From NCBI GenBank assembly GCA_012295275.1, contig CM022671.1, positions 35,464,001 to 35,528,000 on the forward strand: a stretch of DNA of 64,000 nt, in the 5' to 3' direction. Positions 39,442-52,100 of the stretch are shown one piece after another. Below the pieces are notes generated by a model. It ran no database searches and had not been told where the DNA came from. It saw only the letters and a program-made list of their open reading frames with translations. Position 1 is the first letter of the stretch. The number at the start of each line of letters is the position of its first letter. This stretch comes from Chrysomallon squamiferum. Lineage: Eukaryota > Animalia > Mollusca. The translations under genes and the position numbers were made by a program.

Positions 39442-39956
39442 AGAGCGTGTTAGGAAATTTAAAATAATTTTTCTCGCTACATGTACCGTTGACATCAGCT
39501 TCTATCCAAGCCAACCCGTGTTCGTATTGGTCGACAACGTCGTCGTTGTTGATGTCTAGACGATTGAATAAGTGACTGATGTAGAGAAATGTGTCTTCTT
39601 GGAGAAACCTGAAATTTTTTTTTTTTTTTAATGACATGAGGTTTTTATACATTATTATCTTAACTTTATGAGCAACTATCACTGGAAATGAAATGTGAAT
39701 GTATCTGTTTGTGTGTGTGTGTGTGTGTGTTTGACAAATGTTAGCATGCAACACTTTTTTTTAGCATATTTTAATGTTTACGAACTATTTCTTCAGTGTA
39801 TACAGCAAAAACTTACACTTTCAATTCATCTGCCTTGATCCTAATAAAAGATTCTTCATCACTGTTATCAGATGCTAAAAGCAAAAAAAAAATTATTGTT
39901 ATTAAAGGCATCATTAAAATTTGGCATTTTATGCTTTTCTTTAAACAGTATTCTGC

Positions 39957-39998
<42 letters not shown>

Positions 39999-40101
39999 GT
40001 ATCAGAGAATTTTACTTTAATGAGGAACAGCACACAATGAAATGTTAACATAATAACAATGCCATGCATGTATTATGAAATTAGGCTGGATAAAAGTTAT
40101 T

Positions 40102-40144
<43 letters not shown>

Positions 40145-40693
40145 TAATAACAATTAAAACGGTGTGGTAATCTTTATATTAAACATTTATTCAAAGAACG
40201 GACTAGATAATACTATGCTAAAACCGTTACGTTCCCATGAAAAGTGTTTAGTATATTATTTCATTGTCGGCAGTAATTCAGCGGACACCCAAAGCATTGG
40301 TCGCTCTATCTGATTTTATTCAGTGCGGAGGAATATTTCCAGTTCGTAGAAAAATGTCGGCAGGACTTAAATTGTACCGTGAGAATTCCCAGTCAGTAAT
40401 AATGTGGATCTTATTTGATTCTTGGCCGATTTGTATCAACTGGAACATACTTGTCCAGCACGTTTCGGCTTTCGCTATTTTTCAGCCAATCAAAACGCAC
40501 AAAAATCATTTTTTCTTTTTTTTTCTTTTTGTCGTCTCTTGACACTAATTTGTGACTGGGATTATCTCCACAAGAAATAAACATTTTCATTTCGTTTTGT
40601 TTCAAACAATAAATTATATGGAAAATTTAAAATAATAAAGCAAATAAATAAATAAATAAATATGTAAGTATGAGGTAGTAGATAGAAAGACAC

Positions 40694-40781
<88 letters not shown>

Positions 40782-42258
40782 AGAGACTGATGCTAAAATT
40801 ATTACAATAATCATGGCTCGTTACTTACAAGTAAATGAAGATTCAGTATGTAATTCTGCAGCTGAATCTTCTTTTGACTTTGGTGCGGACGTCGAGGGTT
40901 TCTGTAGTTGTGATACTTTTGTAAATAATTTACCAGTATTTCCGTGTTTAGCTATCTCCACGTCTTCTGTCTTTCTTTGAGATGGATTAGCTGAATGTGA
41001 ATCTGAAGTTTCTGAGAACGGTTTGGGCGAAGTTAACCCTTTGGAAGTTGATGGTTGGATGCTTTTTGCAATTTTCTGATTCTGTTCCGTACGTTTTTCT
41101 GAAGAGGTCACGTTACTTCTCGTTGAAGGACTGGATTTTGATTCTGGTTTTTCACTGCAGATTTCACTGAAGACGTTTTCGTTTGGTTTTGCGAAATGTT
41201 GGTAACTGGTTTCGGGGTTGTCTTTGTAACAGTTTCCGCAGTTGTCTTGATGATTTTTTCGCAGACTTTTTCGGTGCTGCTTTGGTAACTGTTTTCGACG
41301 CAATTTTTGTAACTGTTTTCACAGTCGCCGTGGGACTAAATTTCGGCGTTGTCTTGGTAACTGTTTTCACAGTCGCCGTGGGACTAAATTTCGGCGTTGT
41401 CTTGGTAACTGTTTTCGTAGTCGGCGTGGGACTAAATTTCGGCGTTGTCTTGGTAACTGTTTTCGTAGTCGCGGTGGGACTAAATTTCGGCGTTGTCTTG
41501 GTAACTGTTTTCGTAGTCGCCGTGGGACTAAATTTCGGCGTTGTCTTGGTAACTGTTTTCGTAGTCGCCGTGGGACTAAATTTCGGCGTTGTCTTGGTAA
41601 CTGTTTTCATAGTCGCCGTGGGACTAAATTTCGGCGTTGTCTTGGTAACTGTTTTCATAGTCGTTGTGGGAACAGCCTTCGGCGCGGACTCGGCAGCAGT
41701 TTCCAGTTTTGTCTTGACATCTGTTTTCTTAGTCGTGTGAGGTTTCAGCGTCGTCTTGGTAACAGCTTTTGATGTTGTGGCAATATTCTGTGTTGTTGTT
41801 ATTTGTTTCTCAGCCTGCTCACGTGAGTCGTTCACTGCACTTTTAGTTTTGTTTCCAGAACCAGTTTTCGGAGTTAGTATCTTTGTTAGTGTCGATTTAG
41901 AGGGAGATACCAAAACTGATGTTGCCGTGGTTGCATTTGTTTTAGATGCACCTGTAGACGTCTCTGATACATTCCCGGACATAACTGAGTTGGTACCATT
42001 TTCATTTAATTCAAAACTTGAATTATCCGCCGACTCAGATGATGTTGGAGTCACGGTTGTGCTCTTCACTGGTACTGTTGCCGTTTCTAAACATGATTCT
42101 GATGCCGACGTAGCCGTTTCTATCTTAACAAGACTGGATGTCGATTTTAAGGTCGAAGTACTGGAATTTCCATCTGAACTGACGACGTTTATACAGCTAA
42201 TTAAAATACACAGAACTGTCACACAGATATTCACAATTTTTGTATCTTTCTGCTTCAT
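38365..42258 (-). CDS. Secreted Thr/Lys/Ser-rich mucin-like repeat protein with four C-terminal EF-hand-like loops (~606 aa if two 1-nt frameshifts are corrected)
   Basis: Exons: 40829-42258 (signal peptide IVNICVTVLCILISCINVVSS; 16-aa repeats), 39817-39874, 39487-39608 (DINNDDVVDQYE), 39048-39182 (DVNGDGVLSRDE, DVDGDGLSTLRD), 38761-38807 (DINGDGFNDLSE), 38365-38391 (MKSKELPI*). All GT-AG and phase-consistent; minus-strand AATAAA at ~38325. Confidence 0.8.
40469..40510 (+). repeat. 42-bp CCAAT-containing repeat, inverted partner of 43471-43512
   Basis: ctttcgctatttttcagccaatcaaaacgcacaaaaatcatt matches the reverse complement of 43471-43512 with 2 mismatches. Confidence 0.85.
40696..40806. 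repeat. (GATA)n microsatellite followed by a 23-bp tail shared with 61975-62017
   Basis: agactgatgctaaaattattaca follows a GATA tract at both loci. Confidence 0.75.
41305..41660 (-). repeat. Coding 48-bp tandem repeat, 7 copies, encoding KTVTKTTPKFSPTAT(T/M/V)
   Basis: gggactaaatttcggcg recurs at 48-nt spacing from 41332 to 41620. Confidence 0.95.
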
Positions 42259-43368
42259 CACACCCGCCTTAAAGTATCGAAAACAACGAATTCAGGTTAT
42301 TAATTCTTTCAGCGTGTTTCTATATTCTTGATTCGTTGACAGTGTTCAGTTGGTAGTGGGCTTGAGGTTTTTGCCAGTTTATTTGTTTTCAGCAATTACT
42401 GAATTCCTCGCAATACGAATGTGTTAATGATGGAGCTTGGCAATTACACGAATCGTATAAAATAAGAAAAATGTCACCCAGTATTTACTGGTTGTAGTGA
42501 CTCGGTAACGAACAGAACACTGACTGGGAGGAGGGTGATGTGATGTATTAACAAAACTTAGATTACTATCTTATGTACAGCGTTAGTTATTAATTAATCT
42601 CTGCATGAACGAATAAAAACAACAACATATAAACGAGAAAATGGTTGGACAGATGAAGGAATGAACGAACGAACGAATTAATGATCAAATCAACAAATGA
42701 ATATGTAATTGAATGCGTGAATGAACCAGTGATTGTATGAACGAGAGAGTCTGAATGAACAAATCAATGAACAAATCAACGAATATTTCAAACAATGAAT
42801 TAGCGAATTCAAACACATGTCAATGCGTTTTTGTATTAATGATAATTTTAAAAAATATTATATATTATAATATGAAAGACTAAACACAATGCTTTTATGA
42901 GATGCTTTTATCAATTATCACGATTATATACATAAATATATATTTATATATGTAGGCCACTGACAAGAAAAAACATGCCCAGACTTTAACAGAACACGTG
43001 TGTGTACTAACCGAAAAGGAACAATGGGAGACCCTAAGGATTTATCACGAGAATCACAATATTCAAACTAGGCCAGCCCTCTGTGGAGTGAGTGAGGTAA
43101 AGTATTCGGGTTTCTTCTCTTGTTTCTGTTTGTGAAAGAATGAATAAATGTTTATCGATGTGGTAGGATCATACATACTGGTGGAGGGGGGGGGTTGGTG
43201 TCAAAGGTAATCCAACATAATTATTCTATAGCTAGTTTGAAATTCAGTTATAAGTTTGTCGTATAATATTTAAAGTGTGCCCATGGAACCATAGAATATT
43301 CGCTTTAACGCAGTGCCTACGTTTCTGTCTTTCTGTTGCATTAGTAACGTTAAACTCCGATGATGATG

Positions 43369-43374
<6 letters not shown>

Positions 43375-43456
<82 letters not shown>

Positions 43457-43507
43457 TTAACTCTTACCTCAATTATTTTGGTGCGTTTTGATTGGCTGAA
43501 AAATAGC

Positions 43508-43594
<87 letters not shown>
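43375..43594. repeat. Two (AG)n microsatellites
   Basis: Perfect dinucleotide runs at ~43375-43452 and ~43511-43594. Confidence 0.95.
43471..43512 (-). repeat. 42-bp repeat, inverted partner of 40469-40510, lying between two (AG)n tracts
   Basis: Direct sequence comparison. Confidence 0.85.
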
Positions 43595-43597
<3 letters not shown>

Positions 43598-43854
43598 CGA
43601 GTAAAAAAAGCCAACACCCTCCTCCCAAGAATTAAAGTGTATGCAGCACAGTATAATGAACTTGTATTCTGTGTAACATACACTCGATCCTAAGATTTGG
43701 CTTTGATTTTTCTTCGCTTAAACCTTATTTGTTTCACCACGATTTCAACAGTTTGATAAGCTAATTACTGTATATTTAGGTTTATCTAACTAAACTCAGT
43801 AATTGTCAGCCATCTGTTTATTTCGCATCACAGTAGTTTTTAACAATCAGGAAC

Positions 43855-45407
43855 TTAGCACTTCCCTTGAATGGTTAGACAGACCGCAACCTTCTGACAC
43901 ACGTATTTCACACGTCCCTGAATCAGCTGAAAAGTCATCGATAGCAGCGCTAATCCGAAAGTAAAATACGCTAAAATACAACAGTTCTTCACGCTGCCTT
44001 GCAGTTCAGAAACAGACTTTGTAGGAAAGTAGTCCCCGAACCCTATCGTACTTAAAGTTATGAAGCAGAAGTAGGAACTTTCTAAATAGCTCCATTCGGA
44101 TTCCCAAATATGGAACATCAAACCTCCCAGAAGAATGTACAACACCACCAGCAGCAGACATACCAACACGGGAACTTCGTCTTCGTTTTCTCTCGCCTCT
44201 TCCTCGGCTACTCTTTCCCTCCACTTTTTTCGGCACTCTTTTTGTCTGCCGAAGCCACAAAATGGCAATTTTGATCTGATCGACGTTGCCGGAATTTTGG
44301 TGCGGTGAACCTTCCAGAACAGAGTAAATGACTGGGCCATGGCTTTGCCGACGCTGGATATACACAGTACAAAAAGTGGAATTCCAAACAGAGCATACAA
44401 CATTGTCATGAGCTGGCCCAAACCCGTTTTCGGTGCTATTAAACCATAACCTGCAAAATATCGTAAATGTTTAATTTGCATAAACTGTGAACAGACTCCT
44501 GTTACAGACTGATGTTTGTAAGGAGTGATAGTGAAAAGGCATATTTCAGATTTCTGATGTAAATAGTGACAGTGAACAGACACGTTACAGATCTCTGTTG
44601 TAAATAGTGACAGTGAACAGACACGTTACAGATCTCTATTGTAAATAGTGACAGTGAACATACACGTTACAGATCTCTATTGTAAATAGTGACAGTGAAC
44701 AGACACGTTACAGATCTCTATTGTAAATAGTGACAGTGAACAGACACGTTACAGATGTCTATTGTAAATAGTGACAGTGAACAGACACGTTAAAGATTTC
44801 TATTGTAAATAGTGACAGTGAACAGACACGTTACAGATCTCTATTGTAAATAGTGACAGTGAAAAGTAAATGAAGAATTATTAGAAATAATAGTACCAGT
44901 AGTTTTAGTGGCAACAATAACTGATGTGATGTTGTTTGAATAGCAGCTGTTGCTGATAATAATGTGTATTTTACCTATCGTGGTTATGACAGTGGCACTA
45001 AAGACGACAGATCCAGAGAATGACCAGTTGTTCAGTGTTTCGTTTATCTCACCGTCCCATCCTCTGAAGTACCCCCTAAACATTGCATCCTCATATATGA
45101 GAAATATCTGTTCAGCCTTCTGCGTCCATGTGGCTGATAAAATGTCAGCGTTGTTCGTTATATTCCACAAACGGCTGAGACAACTTTTTCGTTTGCTAGT
45201 AACAATTTGGTGTACATATTGTTCATTCTCCGACTCCACAGCGTTGAAAAGCATTCCTCCCATAAGCAAATAAATGACAACCGCGCTAATCAGTGCAATA
45301 TTTATTAAGAAAACAACAGATAGTTTCTTTGCAAAGAGAAAACACTCGTAAAAGCGCCGTCTTTGTTCCGATCTTTTCGAAATCACTGTCTGCGACGTCT
45401 TGGCCAT
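43855..45407 (-). CDS. Two-pore-domain (K2P, TWIK family) potassium channel, paralogue C, ~342 aa
   Basis: Exon 44975-45407 (M1, cap, WSFSGSVVFSATVITTIG) and exon 43855-44450 (YG..M2 YALFGIPL, M3, WSYLESSYFCFITLSTIGFGD, M4). Intron is GT-AG, phase 1; total 1029 nt. Confidence 0.93.
44556..44862. repeat. 41-bp minisatellite (~7.5 copies) in the intron of K2P paralogue C
   Basis: gtaaatagtgacagtgaacagacacgttacagatctctatt at 41-nt spacing. Confidence 0.93.
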
Positions 45408-45514
45408 TTTCGGACATCAGACACAATGAATGTGATATGTATTTGAATGAACAAACGCCTAGCTTTCATTTCTTGACATCAGATTGTTGTTTGTTGTTGT
45501 TGTTGTTGTTGTTG

Positions 45515-45568
<54 letters not shown>

Positions 45569-46304
45569 GTTTTAAAAACGTATTTATTGTGTTATTTATT
45601 TAACCGTTTTCTTATTTTCTTTGCACATATCGATTTCTAAATGTTTTACTGAATGTGAAACGCTTTTCTCTCTAAGAAATTTAAGGTAAAGGAAACTGTT
45701 TATCTTCACACGCTATACTCTTTAGATACAAAATAAAATCTTAATCTTTTCATTCATTCGTAAATTAAATATGAATTAATAAAAACAATTATAGTGGAAA
45801 CCATAATTAAAATAGAATCATTCAAGGATGTTTTTAAACCACAGTGCCAGCATTTTTTAAGTTTTTTTGTATATATATATATATATATATTACGTCATAT
45901 CGTAGGCAAACCTATTAACACACACGCAAATATTTCCTCATAAAAAACATCAGCGAAGTAATTTCCTTTTTTGGGGGGTCTTGTTGTTTTGTTATTTTTC
46001 ATCTCTGTGGCTTATTTTGTGGGTTTTTTCCATCCCTGTCAGATATCACAGTTTTCTTCCAACGACATCAAGCACGTCGAATGTAAGATAATTCATACGT
46101 CTGCGTACACTGCGCCTGAAATATAGACGATAATGTTATTTACAAACTTGATTTGATTATCATTTCAGTTTTATACACTTCATCAACGTCTACATTTATC
46201 TATGAGTCGTTTTTCACGCCAGTGTTTGAAGCAGAAATATTGTATCAAAATATATTACGTAAATATCATAATAATAATAATAAGAAGAAGAAGAAGAAGA
46301 AGAA

Positions 46305-46345
<41 letters not shown>

Positions 46346-47045
46346 AAACGAAAAAAAGAAAAACGAACAAAAAAATGACCTTGCAAAATAGTGCAATTTT
46401 AAAAAAAATGTTTTTATTTCTTATTTTATTTTATTTTATTTTATTTAAAAAAAAAAAATAATAATAATTGTTTGTTTGTTTAGTAGGAATAACCTTAATA
46501 TGTTAACAGTCAACGACTATAAGTTAATGTACATCGATCTAGCAAATTTCTTTAATAACGAACAGATAAAACTGAGTGGCAGTGTTGTTAAAATACATCT
46601 TCACATGCCGTATTTCCGTGGAATTCGGTTGTCGTTTCGCAACTGACACCTGCTAAAGATCACATATATATGAAACCAGTGAACAGGATGGGTTGTTTAA
46701 TATTGGTTAAAAAAGGTTGCAAATATATAATTAAATATCAGTTTAATCTGAGATTAACAAATTTAGCTGAAATTAATTTTGAAAATATCGATTTATAACA
46801 GACTTTTTGAAATTAAAGATCTAACCAAAATCCGAAACTTGAGCTTAAATGGATGAATATCAGCGTTGTTTGTTGGTTGTTTTTTATTATTTTTATTTTT
46901 TATTTTTATTTTTTTATTTTATTTTTTTTAAATAAGAAATGATGTTCATTCGGACTCTTAAAATCAGATTAGTGTATTAATGTAAAAGGTGATTTAAGTT
47001 TCATATTTTTCATTATATTACATTCTTATTGTTATTATTATTGTT

Positions 47046-47090
<45 letters not shown>

Positions 47091-48694
47091 ATTGTTGTTA
47101 TTATTATTATTATTATTATTATTTTATTATTATTTTAAATACTAAATAAATTTCCATCGACTTAAACTATCAAGTTTATTTCTACATAAAGAATACTAAA
47201 AAAAAAAAGGGTGTTCCAAGATGTTCTTTGTATAATAATGATAAAAATTTGCTATGAATAGGACATATAACAGACACACGAAATACGAATAATTTCACCA
47301 AATCATGGTATAATATAATAAATTCCTTGTTGTTAACTGTAATAAAATAAATAATTTCATTTACTTTGCCATTTTCGTACTAACAGTAAAAATACTCTGA
47401 TCTATAATTTTATTATTTGCAGTTTCGTATATCAAAGAAATTAACTTATATAAGATTTAACATCATCTGCTATTAGGGATATACTCACATATATATATCT
47501 TCTTTAAAGAGTCTTCAGAAAGTGAGGGAAAGAATTATCAGTTTATTTCAAGTATTATTGTTATATTAATATCTTGACAATTTAATAAACCGACTTTTCT
47601 CGGATAATGTTACTACTAACCAAATGGAGAAACGTGAATAAATCTGTAACAACTAGATGTGTCTTCAACCCCTCAAAATAATAATAATAATAATTCATTA
47701 TATATGACGTCAGAGGAATGACGTGTGCAGGCGGAGGTTCAAGGGGATGTTCCCGGCCCAATTAATATTTTGGATTGTTTGTTTAATTTAATATTGCATA
47801 GGTACTACTTACAAAAAGTATCATTAAATTCCCCACTATGGCCATTTATCAGACTTAAAAGTCTGCAATCTCTCTATAAGCAAATGATAGTTTTCGCATG
47901 GGTTTTTATTATTTTTACATTCCGTTTTTTTTTTTTTTTCTTTCTTTCCTTTTTCTTTTTCCACTTTGATTGTTATATCCTGCTAAAAGACTGATTAATC
48001 ACAGACAAAAAATAAAACAATAACATTTATTTAGGCTATTTCCTTAGCATCGCTATGAACAGGCCTATAATAAACCAAAATTCAAGCATTCGAAACTGTA
48101 AACATATTTAAGGTCATTCATTCTTCGAATCAGCACAGAAACATTTTAACAGAAATAAAATAAGTATGTAAAAAAAAAATAGAGAAAATATTTAGGTAAT
48201 TAGTTCAGTATAATTTATCATAAAACAAAACTATCATTTGAAAGTATACAAAATGTGTTACTCTAGGTGAGCCGTAGGCAAGTGATGGATCAAAATGAAC
48301 GTCAAATTTTAGTGTTAAGGTAAATGTTACTATACATTTTATTTCTTACTAAATTTATTTATTTATTTATTTATTTATCTCTTTCTTTCTATTTATTTAT
48401 TTATATTTTTATTCATTAATTTGATTTTTAATTGTTACTGAAAAATAGAACGAGATAATAAATTTATAAAAACGGTACATTATTAATGAACTATGCACTT
48501 AATTGCTTTTAACTTTAAATAAATAAATAAAAACATTACTAATATTACGACTACTACAGCTACTATCACAACTACACCCTCTTCTTCTGCTTTCTCCTCC
48601 TCATACAACTGCTGATGTTGTTGTTGCTGCTGCTACTTATAATTATTATAATTATTACTATAACTACTGCTGCCGCTATTAATTAATTAATTAA

Positions 48695-49429
48695 CTAATT
48701 AATTTCCACAGTGTGTTCACGTCTTATTAAAATTGTTTGATTTATGCGCGATTTTTTCCCGCGATTTTTTGCTTTGGTCTTGCATACAAAACAGTTGGCA
48801 CACTCTTTAATGGCATCTTTTATTTCAGTTTTTATCAGATCAAAAAACATGGCCAAAAAGGCCATTCCAGTAAGCATATAAAAAGCGCACCACATAAACC
48901 TGGTCTGCGACCACGTCATTCCGTGTTGACCCCCGGGCACATAGTCCCCGAAACCTATCGTGCTCAGAGTAATGAAACAGAAGTAAGCACTCTCTAATGG
49001 AGTCATCTTTGATTTCCACATATAAAACATAACGCTTCCTCCGAAGATGTAAAGGAAAAGAAGAAGCACAGTCACGACGATGGGGACGTGGATATTGTCG
49101 GTGGTTACGTCTCTCTGACAACTAAGCATCTTCCATACGTATCTAAAGACTGAGGCCATAACCATGCCGACGTTGGTGATGCAGAGCACAGTCAAAGGGA
49201 TGCCGAACAAGGCGTAAAACATGGTGACAAGCTTTCCCGTGGATGTCTGTGGTGTTAGGTTGCCGTAACCTGCAATGATGTAAACATGGCCAGATTCACA
49301 TTCAAGGAAAATAGATGTAAACGTACCATACATTTTTGAAATGCGAAAAGCTGAAGAATTTAGCAAAAGTGATCTTATTATAGCTGTTACATGCTGGTGA
49401 CGATTTATGTATTTATATGTGTTTGTTTG

Positions 49430-49478
<49 letters not shown>

Positions 49479-50230
49479 CTATTCATATTGTTATATTTAA
49501 TTTAAATATCTGAGCTTCATGTTCAGTATTTCGCAAACTCCACGAGAATATACAAACCTACTGTTGTGATGACAGTTAATGAGAAAAAGACAGATTCTGT
49601 GTACGTCCAGTTATACCCTCTCATGCTTTTTATACGTTCGCTCTCGAGAGCCTTTAAATACTGTTTTTCGTAAAGTATGAATATGTGCTGAGCTAAACGT
49701 GTCCAGTTCTCCTTTTCTAAAACAGTAACAGCCATAGTGGTTCTTCTCAGTTTGTCAACGTAGAACTGTCGTAGATCATCCGGCGAAACCCATTTCCTTG
49801 AGTGGCTTCCTTCCAGATTCTGGAATATCAAGCCTCCGAGAAAGATGTATAGCATAAGTGATGCTAAAATTCCGAGTTGTGTTAGAAAGTTAACTATCCG
49901 CTTCTGTATCTTGATGGCATCGCTAATCCGTTTCCTTAAAAAGCTGGAGAATTTATCGGAGGTTAGCGGCACTGGGATGGAGTTGGTATCTATTGACTCA
50001 ATGGATTGTTGTTTAGGTTTTTCCTCGAGTGATGGAATTTTCTTGGCAGGAACGTTTTTACTTTGCCAGTCCAGTACTGGCTCTGACACGGTACTTCTCT
50101 TTGCTTTAAGTGAAAAATTTCCTAATTCAGAACTGGATAAAGCTTTTTTTTTAAAGAAACCTGGTATTAAACCGCCTATTTTCGAACTAGTTTCGGGCTT
50201 TCCCTCGCCTAAGTTACTGGAACGTGACAT
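48695..50230 (-). CDS. K2P (TWIK family) potassium channel, paralogue B, ~415 aa with an extended Ser/Lys-rich N-terminus
   Basis: Exon 49558-50230 (WTYTESVFFSLTVITTVG) and exon 48695-49269 (YGNLTPQT..YALFGIPL..SAYFCFITLSTIGFGDYVPG). GT-AG, phase 1; total 1248 nt. Confidence 0.93.
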
Positions 50231-50561
50231 TTTAGCTGATTTTTCGTCGTTTGTTGGCTTTTTTCACTGAATCTCTTTCCACTGCAATCGGCGGTGACGT
50301 CATCGCTAAGCGTAAAAACCTCTGACGTTGAAGGTAAACTAGAACAGAAGGGATTTGGTGGACCAGTATTTCTTAAATTAGTGCAAGGTCATACATTCTC
50401 GGGTCTTTATTGCATAATTCTACTCGCCAATGACTAAATTTTCTTGTGTCTGGTAAATTTCGTCTCATTCTGCCTTGTGAATACTTATATATATTATTAC
50501 TTTTTTATCATAAATTAACAATTTTATTATAGGTTTATTTATTTATTTATTTATTTTATCA

Positions 50562-50913
50562 TCTTGGACACCAACATGGTGACCGCGGGCACCAGGTCAC
50601 CCTCAAGAACCACATGAGTCACCCGCAGGCCTGTTCCTAAAATATTTAAACAATTACTGAGATCAATAGAATTAAAGGTTGAATATCGATATTATCTGTA
50701 TCCAGCCTTGTTAAGTCATTGGTAATAATTATTGTGAGAAATCGTTAACGTGATCGGTGTCTTCACATAGATGGGTATCATTATTAATAATATATGACTA
50801 AAAATAAACTGAACAAGTTTCTTATTTCAGAAGAGTGTAACAAACTGATAGCCCTTCGTATGACTCAGTACCTATGAAGTAGCTTTCATGTTCAAAATGG
50901 TTGGTGACCCCTG
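50562..50913. mobile_element. Non-autonomous hAT (Charlie-like) MITE, ~350 bp, with an eroded left TIR
   Basis: The right end gttggtgacccctg is the reverse complement of CAGGGGTCACCAAC, and the left end retains caccaac. It is followed by atctagag, matching the NTCTAGAN target preference of Charlie-type hATs. GC-rich subterminal repeats (ggtcaccc, gtcacccgc). Confidence 0.65.
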
Positions 50914-52100
50914 ATCTAGAGTGTCAAAAAATAATTAGCATAAAGTTAACAACAGGACTCTCCTCACAGCCAAATAACTGATTGCAGGCTTTATTGAACA
51001 GAATAAAGTTGAATGTAATTTCAATTTTCCTTCTGTTCTAGTGGTCGGCTGGACATTAATCAATTACTCTAGGTCACAGGTTTTCAGGCTGTGATATTCG
51101 GACGCCTGGAGAGAGCACAATTCATTAATAGGGAATACAAAAAGTAAAAACAATATATGTACAGAAGGTAACTTAAAGAATGATGATATTCAATTACCTT
51201 TGTTTTATTTTATTTGACATTAAGCAATAAAACGCAGACTGTAATAATCTGTCAAAATGAATTTAAAAAACAACAACAACAACAGAAACACTGGCATATT
51301 TATTAATGTATTGCTATTACTGTAATATTCAGTTTTTCATCGACATCTTATTCTAATTTTATTTTATTCATATTTTTATTATTTAACTTTTTGTTCTTTG
51401 TTTTTTGTTTTCTTTTTTAATAATAGCTTACTGTACAGTCGCTTTAGAAACACTCTATTACTAACAAAGCCTGCTCTTCTGAATATCGCAAGGAGCAGAT
51501 TCGCCCTACATTTCTCACACCTAAGAACTTCTTTTCAAGAATGTCGTTATGCTTAATACATACGGCGTATTTATTTGTTAGTAAAAAGTGTCTGATTTAT
51601 TATGGGATTCGTGATTAAAGCAGATGGAGGTAACAATCTTGCTATTGATAGTTTTTCCTCAAATCATCTTTTCTTGCCGCAGATGATGATTTTTCTGAAC
51701 TTTTTTCATTCCCATCAATTCAGGAGCAAGACCCTTATATTTGGAGTTTGAGCACCAAGTGCAAAAATATCAGTGTATAATAAGACATGAACTACACGGG
51801 ATGTGCTATTGTTTTGTTTTTTCTGTTGTTGTTGTTGTTTTAAGGGGCAACAAATTAAGAATATTTTGATGAACCAGATCTTGCCTGTGAAGTGAGAGTG
51901 CTGAACAGATTATCAGATCAACTGATCTTGCAGCGCAGAGAATATCAGTCAGCTATTCTAACAATAAAGTCACAAACTGCGTTCTTTAATTCTGTGTTTG
52001 TGTGTATGTATTTTAGGATTTGAATATTCTGTGTCTGGTGTACGTCTGATTAGACTCTGCGCATAGACAATATTTGGGAACGCACAAACCTCGTCATGTC

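Noticed and set aside
41148-41259. Programmed ribosomal frameshifting in the mucin exon
   Set aside because: Two successive shifts would be needed, and the same kind of 1-nt homopolymer loss breaks the conserved SSH gene. Assembly error is more parsimonious.
41183-42331. Plus-strand ORFs of 185 and 191 aa (Val/Phe-rich)
   Set aside because: Antisense shadows of the Thr/Lys-rich mucin exon.
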